The position numbers were made by a program, and so were the translations under genes. The notes under the pieces are model-generated. The model was not told where the DNA came from. It searched no databases and saw nothing but the letters and a program-made list of their open reading frames with translations. A stretch of DNA of 56,454 nucleotides, the filler included, from Sphacelaria rigidula (taxonomy: Eukaryota): the NCBI GenBank assembly GCA_964200075.2. It is 6 parts of 6 records of this genome, joined end to end, with 100 filler letters (N's around TTAATTAATTAA, not from the genome) between each part and the next. Parts side by side here need not be neighbours in the genome. Positions count along the whole stretch, not along the records: positions 1 to 9,326 come from CAXNAA020008735.1; positions 9,427 to 18,752 come from CAXNAA020008736.1; 4 more parts are not named here. One strand, given 5' to 3'. This document shows, piece by piece, positions 1 to 12,585 of this stretch (position 1 is the stretch's first letter; each line of letters opens with the position of its first letter).

Positions 1-67
1 GGGATGCGTGGTCAATGGTCAAACGACTAAGGCAAGCAACGAATGAGTACGCCCCCCCCCCCCTCCC
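1..67 (+). mobile_element. 3' tail of non-LTR retroelement (type A) followed by C-run
   Basis: GGGATGCGTGGTCAATGGTCAAACGACTAAGGCAAGCAACGAATGAGTAC then poly(C); nearly identical to the LINE 3' end at about 53867-53916. Confidence 0.8.
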
Positions 68-1086
68 ATTCCCTTAATGCACCACGTCGTTCATCTGTCC
101 TGCTGCTTGAAATCATCATACATGCATCAACACTGATAGCACAAGTGTGCTGCGGTTAGCCCGATCACCGCTACTGCACTGTTCAAATCTCACTGGCCTG
201 GGACGACAAGGATTTTTCTTCATGTAGGCGTTTTTTCTTCATCAAAACCAAGTATTACAACCCCCCCCTCCCCAAACCCGACCAACAGGGGAATAACCAC
301 GGACTCAGCAAAATGCCACTGGTCGTGGTTATGCACGAGGAGTTTTAACCCGCGCTGTCTCCATGGCAATGCACAAAGATTGAATGTCCTACGGAGTCCG
401 GATTTCCCTGTTTCTATGTAGGCGTCGTCTCCTCCGCCCCAAACAACTACCCTCCCTCCCTCCCTCCCTCCCGTTCGAAACAGGCGGCCATCTGGCGACT
501 GGGCGCCTGAAAGGTTCGGACAGCAGAGTTTTAGTCAAACTGATGGCCGGAAATCCACGATTTAAACAGTTGATTTTCAGTGTAAACCGTCATATGCGGA
601 TCTTTCGGTACTAACGATCCCAGGTGCTCGCGCATCACGCACAGCTCGCCATTTGACGCACTTCGGCGCCGCAAGCGCCGATTCAAGCTTTGCTAACACA
701 CACTTTGCTCTGGACACTCTGCACTTCCCTTGCCCAAGAGCTCTCGGTGTGTCCCTAGGGTTGTGTTCGGGACTAGGGGTAGCCTTTGGGTTTGGCGCGA
801 GCACAGCATGTTTAATCATGGACTTGGAGCGACGAGTCGGAATAAACCCGCCTCGCATATCAGAGACAACATTCGACATGTCAGTGATCACGAAGATATG
901 GCGATATACCGGTACACCGGGGTCAACCGTTTTTATTTTGGCGCCTGATTACGCATCCCTCATTTTTGACACACAACGTACTGATGCAAGTTGATCAGTA
1001 CTGCGCCTCCAATTTTCACTGACTTGGAGGGCCCCACCTTTGTGTGTCGAGACTGACCGAGTGTTTTTCGGCGAACTTTCCTTCAG

Positions 1087-4000
1087 GGCTTCGGAATAAC
1101 ATATCCTCATAACCCGAAGGTTGTGTCGGACATGACGGCCCTGCACCACATTCACGAGCCTGGCATCCTGTACAACCTGGGGGAAAGGTCGAAGATCGAC
1201 AATCAAAAGCCTTACACCTTCATGGTGAGATGTAGAAGGGAATTGAATTACGCGCACGACGTTTACGGCACGTGATGTGATCCACCTGGAAAATTCGAAG
1301 GTGGCTATAATGTTGCGGTATGGGGAACGAGCGTTGTATCGTGAGTTGATGATTCTACTTGTGGGGTGGTATCGCAGTTGTATTGCTGTTGCGTGTCTTG
1401 AAAATTTGTTCATTCAAGTGTCCGTCGTTACTTTCGTTGATGTTGCCGTCGACTCGCTTGGCGAAGCTGTACTGTGTTGAAATAAATGTGTGTATGTATT
1501 TTTATGTTTTGTTGGGGGCAGCGCTCTTCGTCCCGAGAAGTATGCGAGGTATATTTTGGTGCTGGCACGCCTAAGCGTGGTGTTGATGTTTGGCTAATGC
1601 TGTGCTGTCGTTGCGGGCTTCCAATGTCCTCAACTCTCCAGGGAACGATCCTGATCGCCGTCAACCCCTTGAGAAAAGTGGAGGACCCCGAGATGACCAC
1701 GTTTATGAACCACTCTCTTGACCCGGAGCAACCTCACCCATATGCCATCGCAGAGGTAAGGGGCACTTGCTGTACTAGTAACAAAGTTGTGCGGTACAAA
1801 CTGAAAAACAAATTTGGTTTTGATTTGTCTCCTGGTAGTGCCCTGTTGTTGTATACTGGTATATTTGCAAGTTCTGACGTGCTTGTTTCTCGCGCGCTGG
1901 TCTGGTTTTAGTTATGGGCCCTGGGATGATTCCATGTTCCGTAGCAACATTTTTCGGCAACCCCTCGGGATGATTCCGGGAGACTCTCACTACAACACGT
2001 AGAATGCACCCACTATGCAAATATGCTACTGTTGTTTGGTGCGTGTACCGTCCGTACACACCTCGCCGTGCTACGAGTTCCAGCAGTATGTTGGTATGCT
2101 GGTCGACGAAAGACGAACGGTCATGACACATGATGTCGGGGACGCACTGTCTTACGTCCGAATCAGTGATTTTACCGCATCGTGTTATAACGTATGGCAT
2201 GACTCTTGTTTTCCTGTCTTGTCTATCCCAATTGTTTGCTTTGAACACACGCGTTGGATAGCTGGCATATCATCAGATGCGCCTCGGAGCTGGCAAGAAG
2301 GAGGGCAACCAGTCCATCGTCGTCTCCGGAGAGTCGGGTGCTGGCAAAACGGAGACGTCGAAGATTATGTTACGGTAAAACACCAGATTGATGCCGGCTT
2401 GCGTATCGTTTTCGTTTCACTTGGGTTCTTGCTTCCTTGCTTGCTTTGCGGTAAAAAGGACGATGCTGAAACGAAGCAAATAGATGTAAGGGTTCTTCTG
2501 ACTCAGCATTTTTGCTTTATGTTGCCGTGATGTTTGAATATACGCCGTCTTTTTTCTCGTTCGGTATCGTCCGCTTCTCTTTTCGGGTTACCTCCATGAC
2601 TATGACCATGGCTATGACTTTTTTACCTTGACTAATCATTTTTTTGTTTCGTACCTGAACGTACTTGCGTTTGCACTATGAATACGTGGCTTGAATTTTG
2701 TGTGCCTCGGTACGTTGATGAACGCCGTCGCGGAAAATTGGGCGGCATCGATTGGTCTCGCTCCCCAGGAAGTCGTTAACACCACCGACGCGATAGGGGC
2801 TGTGGTGGACCATCGTCCACGGTACAGGCTGTGTGGTTGGCAAGGTCAGCCTAGGCGGCGTCGCCGGTTGTGATGGTAGTGATGGGATGTTGTGTGTTCC
2901 TGTGTTTAGATGCCGCCGACTTCGCCCCCGGCTTTTGCGGGTAGCGAGTGTTCCGTGAGTGGGCAAGCCTGGTGGACCAAGCCCATGCGTCGTCCCTCTC
3001 GCACAGCTTTGTTGTTCTTGGTCAAGAGCATGAGGCGGCAAGCACGGACACCACTCTTTCGAGGGCTGTCCATGCTTCCCTCCTCATGCGCTCAACTTTG
3101 TTGGATAAATTGGTGGATACGATGGTCGTTGCTGGACAGGCTTCCCCACTCGTCGAACACCTGCTGCCCTGAGAAACCCTGGGCGACGTGAGCGGCATTT
3201 GATTGAAATGCCGGCCATCACGGACGACTTCATTTTCGCCGCCAAGGGCGACACTGTTTTCCATGATGAAGTCGTCGTCATCCTACATGCGGCAGGAACC
3301 ACCCACATATCCACATCGATTGAACCGTCGTCTGTGTTTACCGTCACAGTCATCCGCTGTCATCGCGGTTCTGCCGACAGTACCTGCTTATCGGAGAGCG
3401 ACGTCGACCTTCGCTTGCCAATTCGTCGCGGCAGCGCCTACCAACACGCTGAGGGGCATTCGATCGACAATACTTTCTTCCTTTGCGAACCACCGTGGCT
3501 CGAACCCCGCGCCCAGCTGTAACGTGGAGGCCCCACCGCGTCTAGTACGTAAACGTCTGCACGACGATAAGAACACTCTTGGAAGATGTTGACGTATGCT
3601 GAAAACGATGCTGCTTTTTTCGCCTTTTCTCCGTTTCTCCTCTTGTTGAAAAATAATACGTTGGAAAAAAAACACAGGTTCTTGACCCACCGATCGGTTG
3701 GTGGCGTGTCCAACTTAGAACAGAAGGTGGTGGACTCTTCCCCCATCCTCGAGTCATTCGGTAACGCCAAGACATTGCGAAATAACAACTCGTCACGCTT
3801 CGGAAAGTTCTTGAAGATGCAGTTTACCAAGGACAAGTTCAAGCTCGCCGGCGGTTTCATCGAGACCTACTTGCTCGAGAAGAGCCGCGTGCTCGCCCAG
3901 GGACAGGTGTGGTGTGTGGAGTGTGCAGAACAGAAGTCGTATCGGGTGCAGTACACACATGCCCGTCGATTGCGCTGGTGGTGTGTGTCTATTGGAAAGT

Positions 4001-4922
4001 TTGCACAAAAAGTGGGCCGGTACGCTCCCGAATGTACGTGGTGACGGTGATGGAGCCATTGATAGTTGTCTTTGCTGTTCCAGCCTTCTGGCGCGGTAGA
4101 TTTTTTTATAATTTCAAGACGTGCCGGTGCTCTCTGCAAGTGTCGGTGTTGTCCGCGAGACTGCGAGAGCTGTGACTATCAGTTGCCAGATGATGAGTAG
4201 CCAACAACGAAAGCTTGAAGAGAGATTTTGCAAAGAGGGGTGCACTGATGATAAGGGGTACATGACGTTGACCTTTTTATCCTGTTTTTTAATCGCTGTC
4301 TAGGGAGAGCGCAACTTCCACATCTTGTACGAGCTCGTGGCCGGTGCTTCCGCTTCTGGACTTTCGGCCAAACTCAAGGTGGGCGGACTTACGGGTACTG
4401 TTCACTGTAGCTTGGAGATGACGAGAGTGAACACTGCTCAGGAGTACCTCAGTGCGGAGTGTGCACCACGAGGTGCTGGGTAGTGTTGGTGCTGCGGCTT
4501 GCGTAACGACTGCGGGTACTTTTTGATGGTACGTACTTGTGCGTGGTATTGCGTCTACAGCTCTCAGAGGCACTGAGGCTTCGTTGTTGACCAGTGACTG
4601 GTATTTTTGCTCTTCGCGTCTTGTCCTCTTGGGCTTACTGATTTTGGTTCCCGCGACCGTATGCAGCTGGGCAGTGCGGAAACTTTCAAGGTCCTATCGC
4701 AGAGTGGGTGTATGGTGTTGGATGGCGTCGACGATGCTGCACAATTCAGGGGCGTGCAGAAGGCGTTCGATACCATTGGCATGGACCAGTCCACGCAAAT
4801 GCAGGTGAGTCGGCGGCGGCGCCGATTTCGGTCCATGTGTTCTTGACGCACAGTTGTTCCTTGTGATGGAGAATATTTGCCTGTTTTTGCTTCGTAATTT
4901 TTCGTCTTGTTTTGCTGCCGTT

Positions 4923-4964
<42 letters not shown>

Positions 4965-7900
4965 ATCGTGACACTTCCATCTCCTCCCCTTCCTCGGGAC
5001 GAGTCCACGATCCCAAGGGACCGACTCATCTCTAACCCCGGTATACGCCTTACATTTTGGGATCTTGGACTAGATGATGACTACCACCATTGCCGCGTCG
5101 CGTCAACTGTCGGCAAGATTTCTTTGCTGCTGATGCCGTCATGTTTTCGAAACGGACATCAGACAATGTCACGAACAGGGGGGAAAAAAAAACATATGTC
5201 GTAATTCAGACCCGTATTATTCCGCCCTAGCGGCCATTGACTATTGACCATTGACCATTTTTAATTGGACCACCGGGGCGCGGCGGCAACACAGGATCAG
5301 ACTACAGTACAAGTCGCCATAATCGAGGCGTGTCGTCTATATAGCGTCACACGTCCACCGCAAATGGCTGGATTTTTTTTATCTTGACGGTAGAAAACTC
5401 TCGCTGTGTCGTTGTGGCTGTCCGTTCAGGTGTGGCAAACGTTGGCGGCGGTGCTCCACATGGCCAACGTGCGATTTGACACCAAGGAGTCCGCACAGGG
5501 GGAAATCGCCAGCATATCTGACCGTGCGGTGAGCATTTATACTTTCTTTTGTTTTCATCGCATAACTCTCGCCCTGTGAAAAGCGCAGCATAAAATCAAG
5601 GTTTCACGTGGCGCTTCACGAGTGACGAGAGAGACTCACCATCAAGTTCTTGAATCTTTCGCTTTCTCAGTTGTTGTACCCGAGCTGTGTATTCTTACTT
5701 CAACTAATGCGGTCTCATGTTTGATTACTTCAAGGAACCGCCCGCCTGACCATGCCCTGCCTCTTTGTCTTGATCCATGATGACATGTGTTTCCGTTGGT
5801 GTTTACTGGACACGTGACACGGTACAGGTTCTGACAACCCTGGCAAAGCTTCTGGGGGTAACGGAGGCGGTTCTTGAGTCTATGCTGACTCAAAGGGTGG
5901 TGACCACGAGGGGAGAGGTGTTCACCAAGCAGCTGAGTGTCACGGACGCCGAGCTCACGCGTGATGCTATCGTGAAGTCTCTATACGAGGTGCGGAGTCG
6001 TGCAGGGCATGTGTGCGAGATTTTGTAGAGTGAAAGTCGATGTTGTTCGTTTCGTTGTCGTGTCAAAGCAATCGCTTCACTATTCGGTAACTTCAAAGTA
6101 CTGTGGCTGCGACGGCGAGTGTCACGCCGTTTTTTTTTTGTGCTTGCATCCCTGTACGTCTGCGGCCCCGTGGTCGTGACTCAAGGCTTGCTTGTGTGGC
6201 GTTCGTCTTCCTTATTCATGGTGTGGGTATAACTGTGTCCTCGCTTCCTATAGGCTCTGTTCCTCTGGATCGTGAGGCTGATCAACGCGTCCCTGGGCAA
6301 GGGAGAGGAAAGCTTACCCTTCATCGGCGTGCTGGACATCTTCGGTGAGGGAGAAATATTCGCTCGTTGTTGTGTCCCGTGTTTTTTTCCCGACCCCGTG
6401 TCAAGGCAAGGGTGAGTACGGCACCTAGGTTCGACGAGCGCACGGGCAGCTGGTGTCAGTTGCAAGACCGCGTTGGCGTGAAACGCTGAACATTGGTAAA
6501 GTTTAGGGTCCCTCGTCCGTATGCGCCGAAAGCCCTAGAACGTATGATCTCGTATGGAAATAATTGTCGAAATATCCACCAAAATCTACTGCAATAAAGA
6601 TTTAGAAGATGCCGAGAAAAGTTAGCTTTGCGCGTGGAGAAATGAAGATGCCAACATTTTTGTCTGCATGACTGCGTTGGTATATGCGGTCGACGCTCGT
6701 ATGCATCGGGTGTGACTGCTGAAAATGTGTAGGCAAGTCATGTTTAACGAGGTGGAAGTGGTGCTTGTCGCCCTCTCGCTTTTGCGGCACGTTGTTCAGT
6801 GGCCGACTCGAAGATTTGCAGCTGCGTGCAGTCGCTGAGATTTTCGGCAATACCTTACAGTGTGTTCTCCTAGTGCCACTAAATAGTACAGCAGGCGCCG
6901 CGCCCCGGTGGTGTATTGGTACAGTACAGTACAGCTGACACCATTCCGTTGGAAATAATGTGGGGGTCGATTTCCACCAGGTGCATCTTGTGTGTATTTT
7001 TCCCCGCTAAGTACAAGTAATACTCAAGTAATATTAATAGTGTATGATTTCCGTCGTTAAAGGCCTGAGGACGTGAGCATCAAAAAGACTTGGCTCTGTC
7101 GAGATGAGAGTGCACGCGATTCGGGAGCACTGATTCATTCACTGTGCCATGCCAAAATAAAAGGCTTCTACCCGAGCAGAGATGAGGGATGATAACTTGT
7201 CGACACGGCTCGTCTTGAGGAAGGGGAGGGGTCGAAAGTGTGACAAAAAATAAACAAATTTCGCGTATGTGTTTCATGTCCACGATGTCGGCAGCTGCCA
7301 ACATTCGCCGAAACCACAACCCCAAATACAACAGGTTTTGAGAACTTCGACACGAAGAATGAATTCGAGCAGTTGCTCATCAACTACACCAACGAGAGCT
7401 TGCAGGATACGTTCAACAAGCAGGTGTTCAACAACGAACTGAGACTGTACAAGGAGGAGGGCATCGACGTCACCGTCTCGAGCTGCCCCGACAACACACA
7501 GTGCCTGCTCATGCTCTCCGAGAGGCCGAAAGGCATCATACCTAGGTTCGGTACTCGTGCATGCGCTTCTTTTTTTTTTTCCCGTCCGCTTCTTCCCAGA
7601 AGGATAGGAATAGTAATGTTTGTTTCAAGGCCAACGTCATAAGCACGCATGTACTTTCCGTGTTGCCATCGTGGTGTCGGTGCTATAGTTGTCGTCGCTC
7701 TTGCTGTCAACTCTCAACGTATTCAGCTGTTGTAAAACTTTGTCTTGAGTATCGGTGCAAGTCCGCCACTTGGTGATGCGGTCGTCCAATATCTTGTATT
7801 CGTGTAGTGAACGTGTGAAGGTGGCGGTGGGCAGGCTCCCGAAGTTTCTGTGCAATGGTTGGGCCACCAGAAAACGATTGTGCGGCCAAGTTGAGAACGC

Positions 7901-8093
7901 TTGTTTGCCTCGCGCTCATAAGTGATCCTGTACCGTGCACCTATTTGCACTCCTATATTTTGTGTGTCAATGTTGGATCAGCCTGGACAACGTGTGCGCG
8001 GAGCCTAATCCCACGGACGCTCGGTACTTGGCCGGCCTGCATAAGATGTACAGCAGGCACCAAGACTTCCCTCGCACGAAGCCCAAGGATATG
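1087..8093 (+). CDS. Myosin heavy chain motor domain, partial (11 exons; both ends missing)
   Basis: Phase-consistent GT-AG exons 1087-1224, 1642-1755, 2262-2374, 3678-3906, 4304-4378, 4667-4804, 5430-5528, 5828-5989, 6254-6344, 7335-7545, 7982-8093 (1482 nt, 494 aa). Motifs: [25 protein letters not shown]-loop GESGAGKT, switch [25 protein letters not shown], switch II LDIFGFENF, relay [14 protein letters not shown]. Confidence 0.97.
4920..4961. repeat. (GTT)n microsatellite in myosin intron
   Basis: Read directly. Confidence 0.9.
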
Positions 8094-8120
8094 GTGAGCG
8101 AAGCAGTAGAACATAGCATA

Positions 8121-8250
8121 CCCTGGACAAAAGAATACACGGTCAAAAAATGCACTGCGTACAATATGGAATCTTTTGTCTAGTGCAATAGACATTATAA
8201 TCCATATGGTACGCAGTACATTTTTTGACCGTGTATTCTATTGTCCAGGG
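8121..8250. mobile_element. Palindromic hairpin MITE, TA-flanked (Tc1/mariner-like)
   Basis: TA|CCCTGGACAAAAGAATACACGGTCAAAAAATG...CATTTTTTGACCGTGTATTCTATTGTCCAGGG|TA; about 60-bp arms with few mismatches and a very short loop. Confidence 0.8.
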
Positions 8251-9326
8251 TATGGAACACAGCTAGTTGTTGAAATAATCATTAGTAGAACGATCTGTTC
8301 ACGCCTCGGGCGCACATATCGCTGGGTGGTTGTAAGTTGGACGGACTTTGAAAGGTTCCAGCTAGTCGGTTGGTGGAGGGACGAGAGAAAACCGCAGGGG
8401 TTGGGGCTAAGTGGCGCCACGCTTTTGCTTCGTGTTATGTTTAGCCATGCATGCATGAGCTACAACCGGTACATGGTGTAATGGGCAGTGATGTGGAAAG
8501 CAGCATGAGCGCTGATCGTGCCTCCAGTACTTATAATAGTCACGCTTACACGAAGATTTGAGAAGCTGTAGCCTGCGAACACCCTTTTGTGTGTGGCCGT
8601 GCATCAGGTGGGCGCCAACCTCAACATTTATGGTGGTAATGGTGGCAGCATGACAACTCGCTCGTCATGATCCCTCGAAAATGCTCATCCTGTTGGCTAA
8701 AACCATATCTTTCATGAGGAAACATGCTAGGTGTCCATGCTCAACTTGACGCCCACGTCTGCAGCTGTTTCCTCTAATACCATGAGCGTGAACTATCATA
8801 TCGAAACTATTTTGCTGGAGTGTTTTTTGTGTGTTTATTTATTTCGTCGCACTTTTAACTCCTCGCTCCCTCGGGGACGACTCCGTGGTCTTGAGAGATG
8901 AGCCCCTCTCCCCTCCGTTATACGCCTGGTATTTTAGTGATGCGGGCTGGACCATGGCCATCATCATTCCTGCACCGCATTGACTGTGTGTCAAATACAC
9001 CTTTATTCGCTTCTCCCCCCCCCCCCCCCCCCACGTTTCGAATGGTTCAAGTCGGATACTTGTTGAGAGAAGACTCTGTTCTATCTGCGGTGAATCAAAG
9101 CCGCATACTGCGTCTGATCGGTTTCAGCTGTACTATTTACACCACCAGGGTGCGGCGTTGTATGAAATGTGGCAGGTAGTGGCTGTTGATGCCCGAGCAC
9201 CCGGTATCCCCCTTATGATACGAGCTGGGCCAGCCTAGAAGCGGATTTGAAGTTTGCAGGCCCATGCTTTTTTATACATTTAGAGTTGGGCCCTGAAATT
9301 TGGTATGGACAGTGCATAGGGCATTT

Positions 9327-9426
9327 NNNNNNNNNNNNNNNNNNNNNNNNNNNNNNNNNNNNNNNNNNNNTTAATTAATTAANNNNNNNNNNNNNNNNNN
9401 NNNNNNNNNNNNNNNNNNNNNNNNNN
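9327..9426. other. Artificial contig linker
   Basis: 44 N + TTAATTAATTAA (stops in all six frames) + 44 N. Confidence 0.97.
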
Positions 9427-9590
9427 CGACTCGCCGAGATCATCACGGCTCTTCGCGCTTGGTGATTGAGTGCGAGCCTGGTCCGGCGAAAACTCGGCGT
9501 GCTCCGTCCCGGTTTTGTAGGGATGCGAGTTCAACGGTTTTATGACTACGGCATGCAAGATCATGAGTTAACCCCCCCCCCCCTCCCCGC
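9427..9590 (+). mobile_element. SINE-like/non-LTR 3' fragment (type B) ending in C-run
   Basis: Matches about 12830-13030 and 13840-13996; ends GATCATGAGTTAA then poly(C). Confidence 0.7.
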
Positions 9591-9668
9591 GACCCCCCAT
9601 TTTTTGCTCAATCGCACGATTTCTGTTTCCTATTCCCCCGCATCCCCTCCTTGCTTCTGCCAAAATAG

Positions 9669-11466
9669 CGGTCCCTCAGCGTCGGCCAGCAACAAGACCG
9701 TCCTCGAAGACATCGTGGCGGCAATCGACGCGGCCGCGAGACCCAACGGCCCGTCAACATCATCGGCGCACCCCCCAACCGCGTCACCTCCAGCCGGTGC
9801 TGGCGCCATCGCCGCTCCCTCACATCGCAGTAGCACCCCTGTCGAGCCTTCTAGAGTTTTTGCCGGAACCCCCTCGGCCGCCAACGGTAACAACAACGAT
9901 GGCATCGATGAGAAGAAGTCTGCTCCGGCTGTAGTAGACACAAGTACGACTGGTACTAACACTGGCGCCGTATGGTTTGACGGGAGGCGTGTCTCGGGGG
10001 TAACACACGGCGGCGGCGGCGGCGGCAGCGGACGCGGGGGCGTCGGTGCGGTAGATCTTCCCGCTGCTTTGAACAGGTCGTACACTAGCGGCGAGGATGG
10101 TTTGGCGACTGGAGTAGCAACAGCAGCCGCAGCAGGTCCGATGGCAGTAGGAGGAGCAGGAGGAGGAGGGAAGGGAGCGACAGAATCGGGTGGCGATGCC
10201 AACAACGGCGTATTGGTCGCTGCAGCGGCCGAGGGGAACGGCGGCGCGGTTGTCGTTGACGCGGCACGAGAAGTTGCTGCGATGAGGGACGTCGGGGAAC
10301 ATCGGCTGTCCTCTGCGGGCACCGTCAGCGGCGGTGCGGCTGCTGCAGCACGCGCGTCCGCAGGAGACGTTAATGGACTGGGAGATCTTGCCAGCGGGTT
10401 GCGAGGTCGAGCTTCGGTAGACGAAGTGGCAGAGTCTAGCAACGTGGGTTTGAAGGAAGATGTGGGCAAGGGGGTGAATGGGGATGTGGGAGAGGAGTAC
10501 GGGAAAATATCCCCGCCGGCGTCGATGGCTGAGGTAAGGATTGATCGACTGTGTGTCCCCTAGAGAGCCGGGTTACGGTAGATTCTTGCGGTTGAGGTTT
10601 GAAAGAAGTAGGAGTAGTCAATAGCTTGTTGTTGCCGGATTTTCATGGGGTCGGACGCGTATCCCTCTTGTTGCTTGCGTCCGTCTTTATTTTCTTCTAT
10701 TTCTTCAATTTTTGCATTGTACGTACTCGTAGTTGGATAGAAGGACTTTCCAGTTTCCCGTTTCGTGTGAAAAAGCTTTGTCACGTCCAATTTTCCAACA
10801 CGCACAAGAACAAAGCGACCGTTTTGTAGCATGAAAACGCCCCCTCCTTCGAAGCAAAAGAGCAGTCGTCTCGGAGAAGACCTCTCCGCGACAAAACCAT
10901 TCATTTTTTTTCCAACAGGTTTTGCTTGGTACCAGGTATGACACCCATCATATCGAAGAAGCTTCACACACCCCTGAGCGCACGTACCAAAAACTTGAAT
11001 CCCTCCCCGTCCCCTCTCGAACCAACCGCTTTCCCACCATTAAACCAACTTTCACACAAAATGCCAAAACACGGAACAGGTAGCTGCAGCAATCCAGCGA
11101 GGGGAGGAGCCTCCGGGAATTTGCAGAGTGGAAGACCGCCTCTCCGCCGATGCTCCCTCTCTTGTGTGCGGGGCCTCATCAACGCCCTCCCCTCCGAAGC
11201 CGTGGGAGATCCCAGCAGCCGTCTCCAGAGCTGCAGCAGGTGGAGCCGCGGCGGCGGCGACGGCGGTGATCGCGGGTGCGCGAGCAGCGGCACAAGACGG
11301 AAGCGCTGCGAATTGTGGCAACGCGAGCCCCGCTGCTGTGATGGGGGCGAGCAACGGAGGAGAGGGAGGGTATGCGGTTGGAGATAAGGCCCTGTCGTTG
11401 CCACCACCGTCCTCGCCTCAGCTGATGCCCCAGTCGCCACGGCAAGCTGTTTCAGTGGGGCCATAA
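9669..11466 (+). CDS. 3' part of gene for a KPWE-domain (PEX39-like) protein with a long Gly/Ala-rich region
   Basis: Exons 9669-10533 (after tag; donor GAG|gtaagg) and 11080-11466 (after cag; stop TAA), joined in phase 0. The junction reads PPASMAE|VAAAIQRGEEPPGICRVEDRLSADAPSLVCGASSTPSPPKPWE, which fits the PEX39/KPWE-domain pattern as I recall it (helix, G-x-x-x-P-G-I, linker, KPWE). Confidence 0.72.
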
Positions 11467-11774
11467 CCTTGTTCCATCCAAATGATATATGTATATATTT
11501 ACACACAAAATAGTTATATACAACATATGTTTTTTCATGCAAGAGTTCAAAAGGGCAAAGTGGCACTCCGTTTTTTGTTGCCCCCCCCCCCAAACCAGGA
11601 AATGTGATTGACGAAATTTCCTTGGTCGACAACTAACGTCATCGATGATGATTTAGAGGGCAGGGACTACTGGAACATGGATGGTGACATCCCGCGGTGG
11701 CTTGTTGCTTCTCTAGTCAGACTTTTCCGGGGGGGGGGGGGGGGGGGGGGTTTTTTTTTTTACGCGGGGGGGGC

Positions 11775-11806
<32 letters not shown>

Positions 11807-11897
11807 CTTTTTTTNNNNNNNNNNGAGGGGGGGGCGTGGGGGGACGGCGGTGGCCGGCCGGGGCTGCGGCGTCGCGGGGGTTGTGTCGTGGGCGCGT

Positions 11898-11935
<38 letters not shown>

Positions 11936-12585
11936 TTTATTATATCGACGCGTGGGGTCACCGACGGAAGTGGCATGCAGGTGGAGCGCGTATCTTTAGT
12001 GCGTGTTAATTCAGTGTGTTTCGTGTGTTTGACAGTCTTGTGGGCGTGTTGCATTGTTTTTACATATTGCTCGTTTCGAGTGCACGGGGAAATGTGCCCC
12101 TTCTTTTTCCTCCCCGGTTTATGTTCATGTGTTTGACTTCACAGTTTTCCTGAAAGGTCCAGCAAGGCCTTCTTTCTTTATTTTCTTCTGTCTGAAGATA
12201 CAGGACGCCGGGGGGGGGGGAGGGGGTTCATGTATCGCTAACGTGTGACATCTTGTTTGCGTTGCTCAAGTAACCTTGCTGCTGTGGCTGTGCGCACGGT
12301 CATGCCAAGAATATCGTGTAGATGAATGATTAAGAACCAAATGAAGATGAGACATTGTCTTCATCACACAAGCAATGCTCTACTCCTACTAATAGTTCAA
12401 ATCCCCCCCCCCCCCCCCCCCCCCCCAGCAGCTGGCCGAGGCCTATCGGGCCCGGGGGGGAGAGCCGACACCCCCCCCACCAACCTGTATTANNNNNNNN
12501 NNAAAAAAACGAAAAAACTGTTTTTTCACAACCCAACCATTGCCCCCCTCCCCAAAAACTTGAAAAACCCCCCCCCCCCCCCCCC

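Noticed and set aside
2690..3560. Nested gene in myosin intron 3
   Set aside because: Overlapping short ORFs with no recognisable motif or exon structure; possibly an old insertion.
9371..9382. TTAATTAATTAA as a biological motif or piggyBac site
   Set aside because: Sits at the centre of identical N blocks; a synthetic six-frame stop linker.
9630..10469. 279-aa antisense ORF
   Set aside because: Shadow of the GC-rich plus-strand exon, which has the splice signals.
8093..11466. KPWE exons as the tail of the myosin (myosin-peroxin fusion)
   Set aside because: An artificial linker separates them and the rest of the motor domain is missing.
11729..12585. Poly-Gly/poly-Pro ORFs and a G-quadruplex cluster
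   Set aside because: Homopolymer runs next to 10-N gaps; low-quality assembly, so lengths are unreliable. The same applies to 15515-15697.
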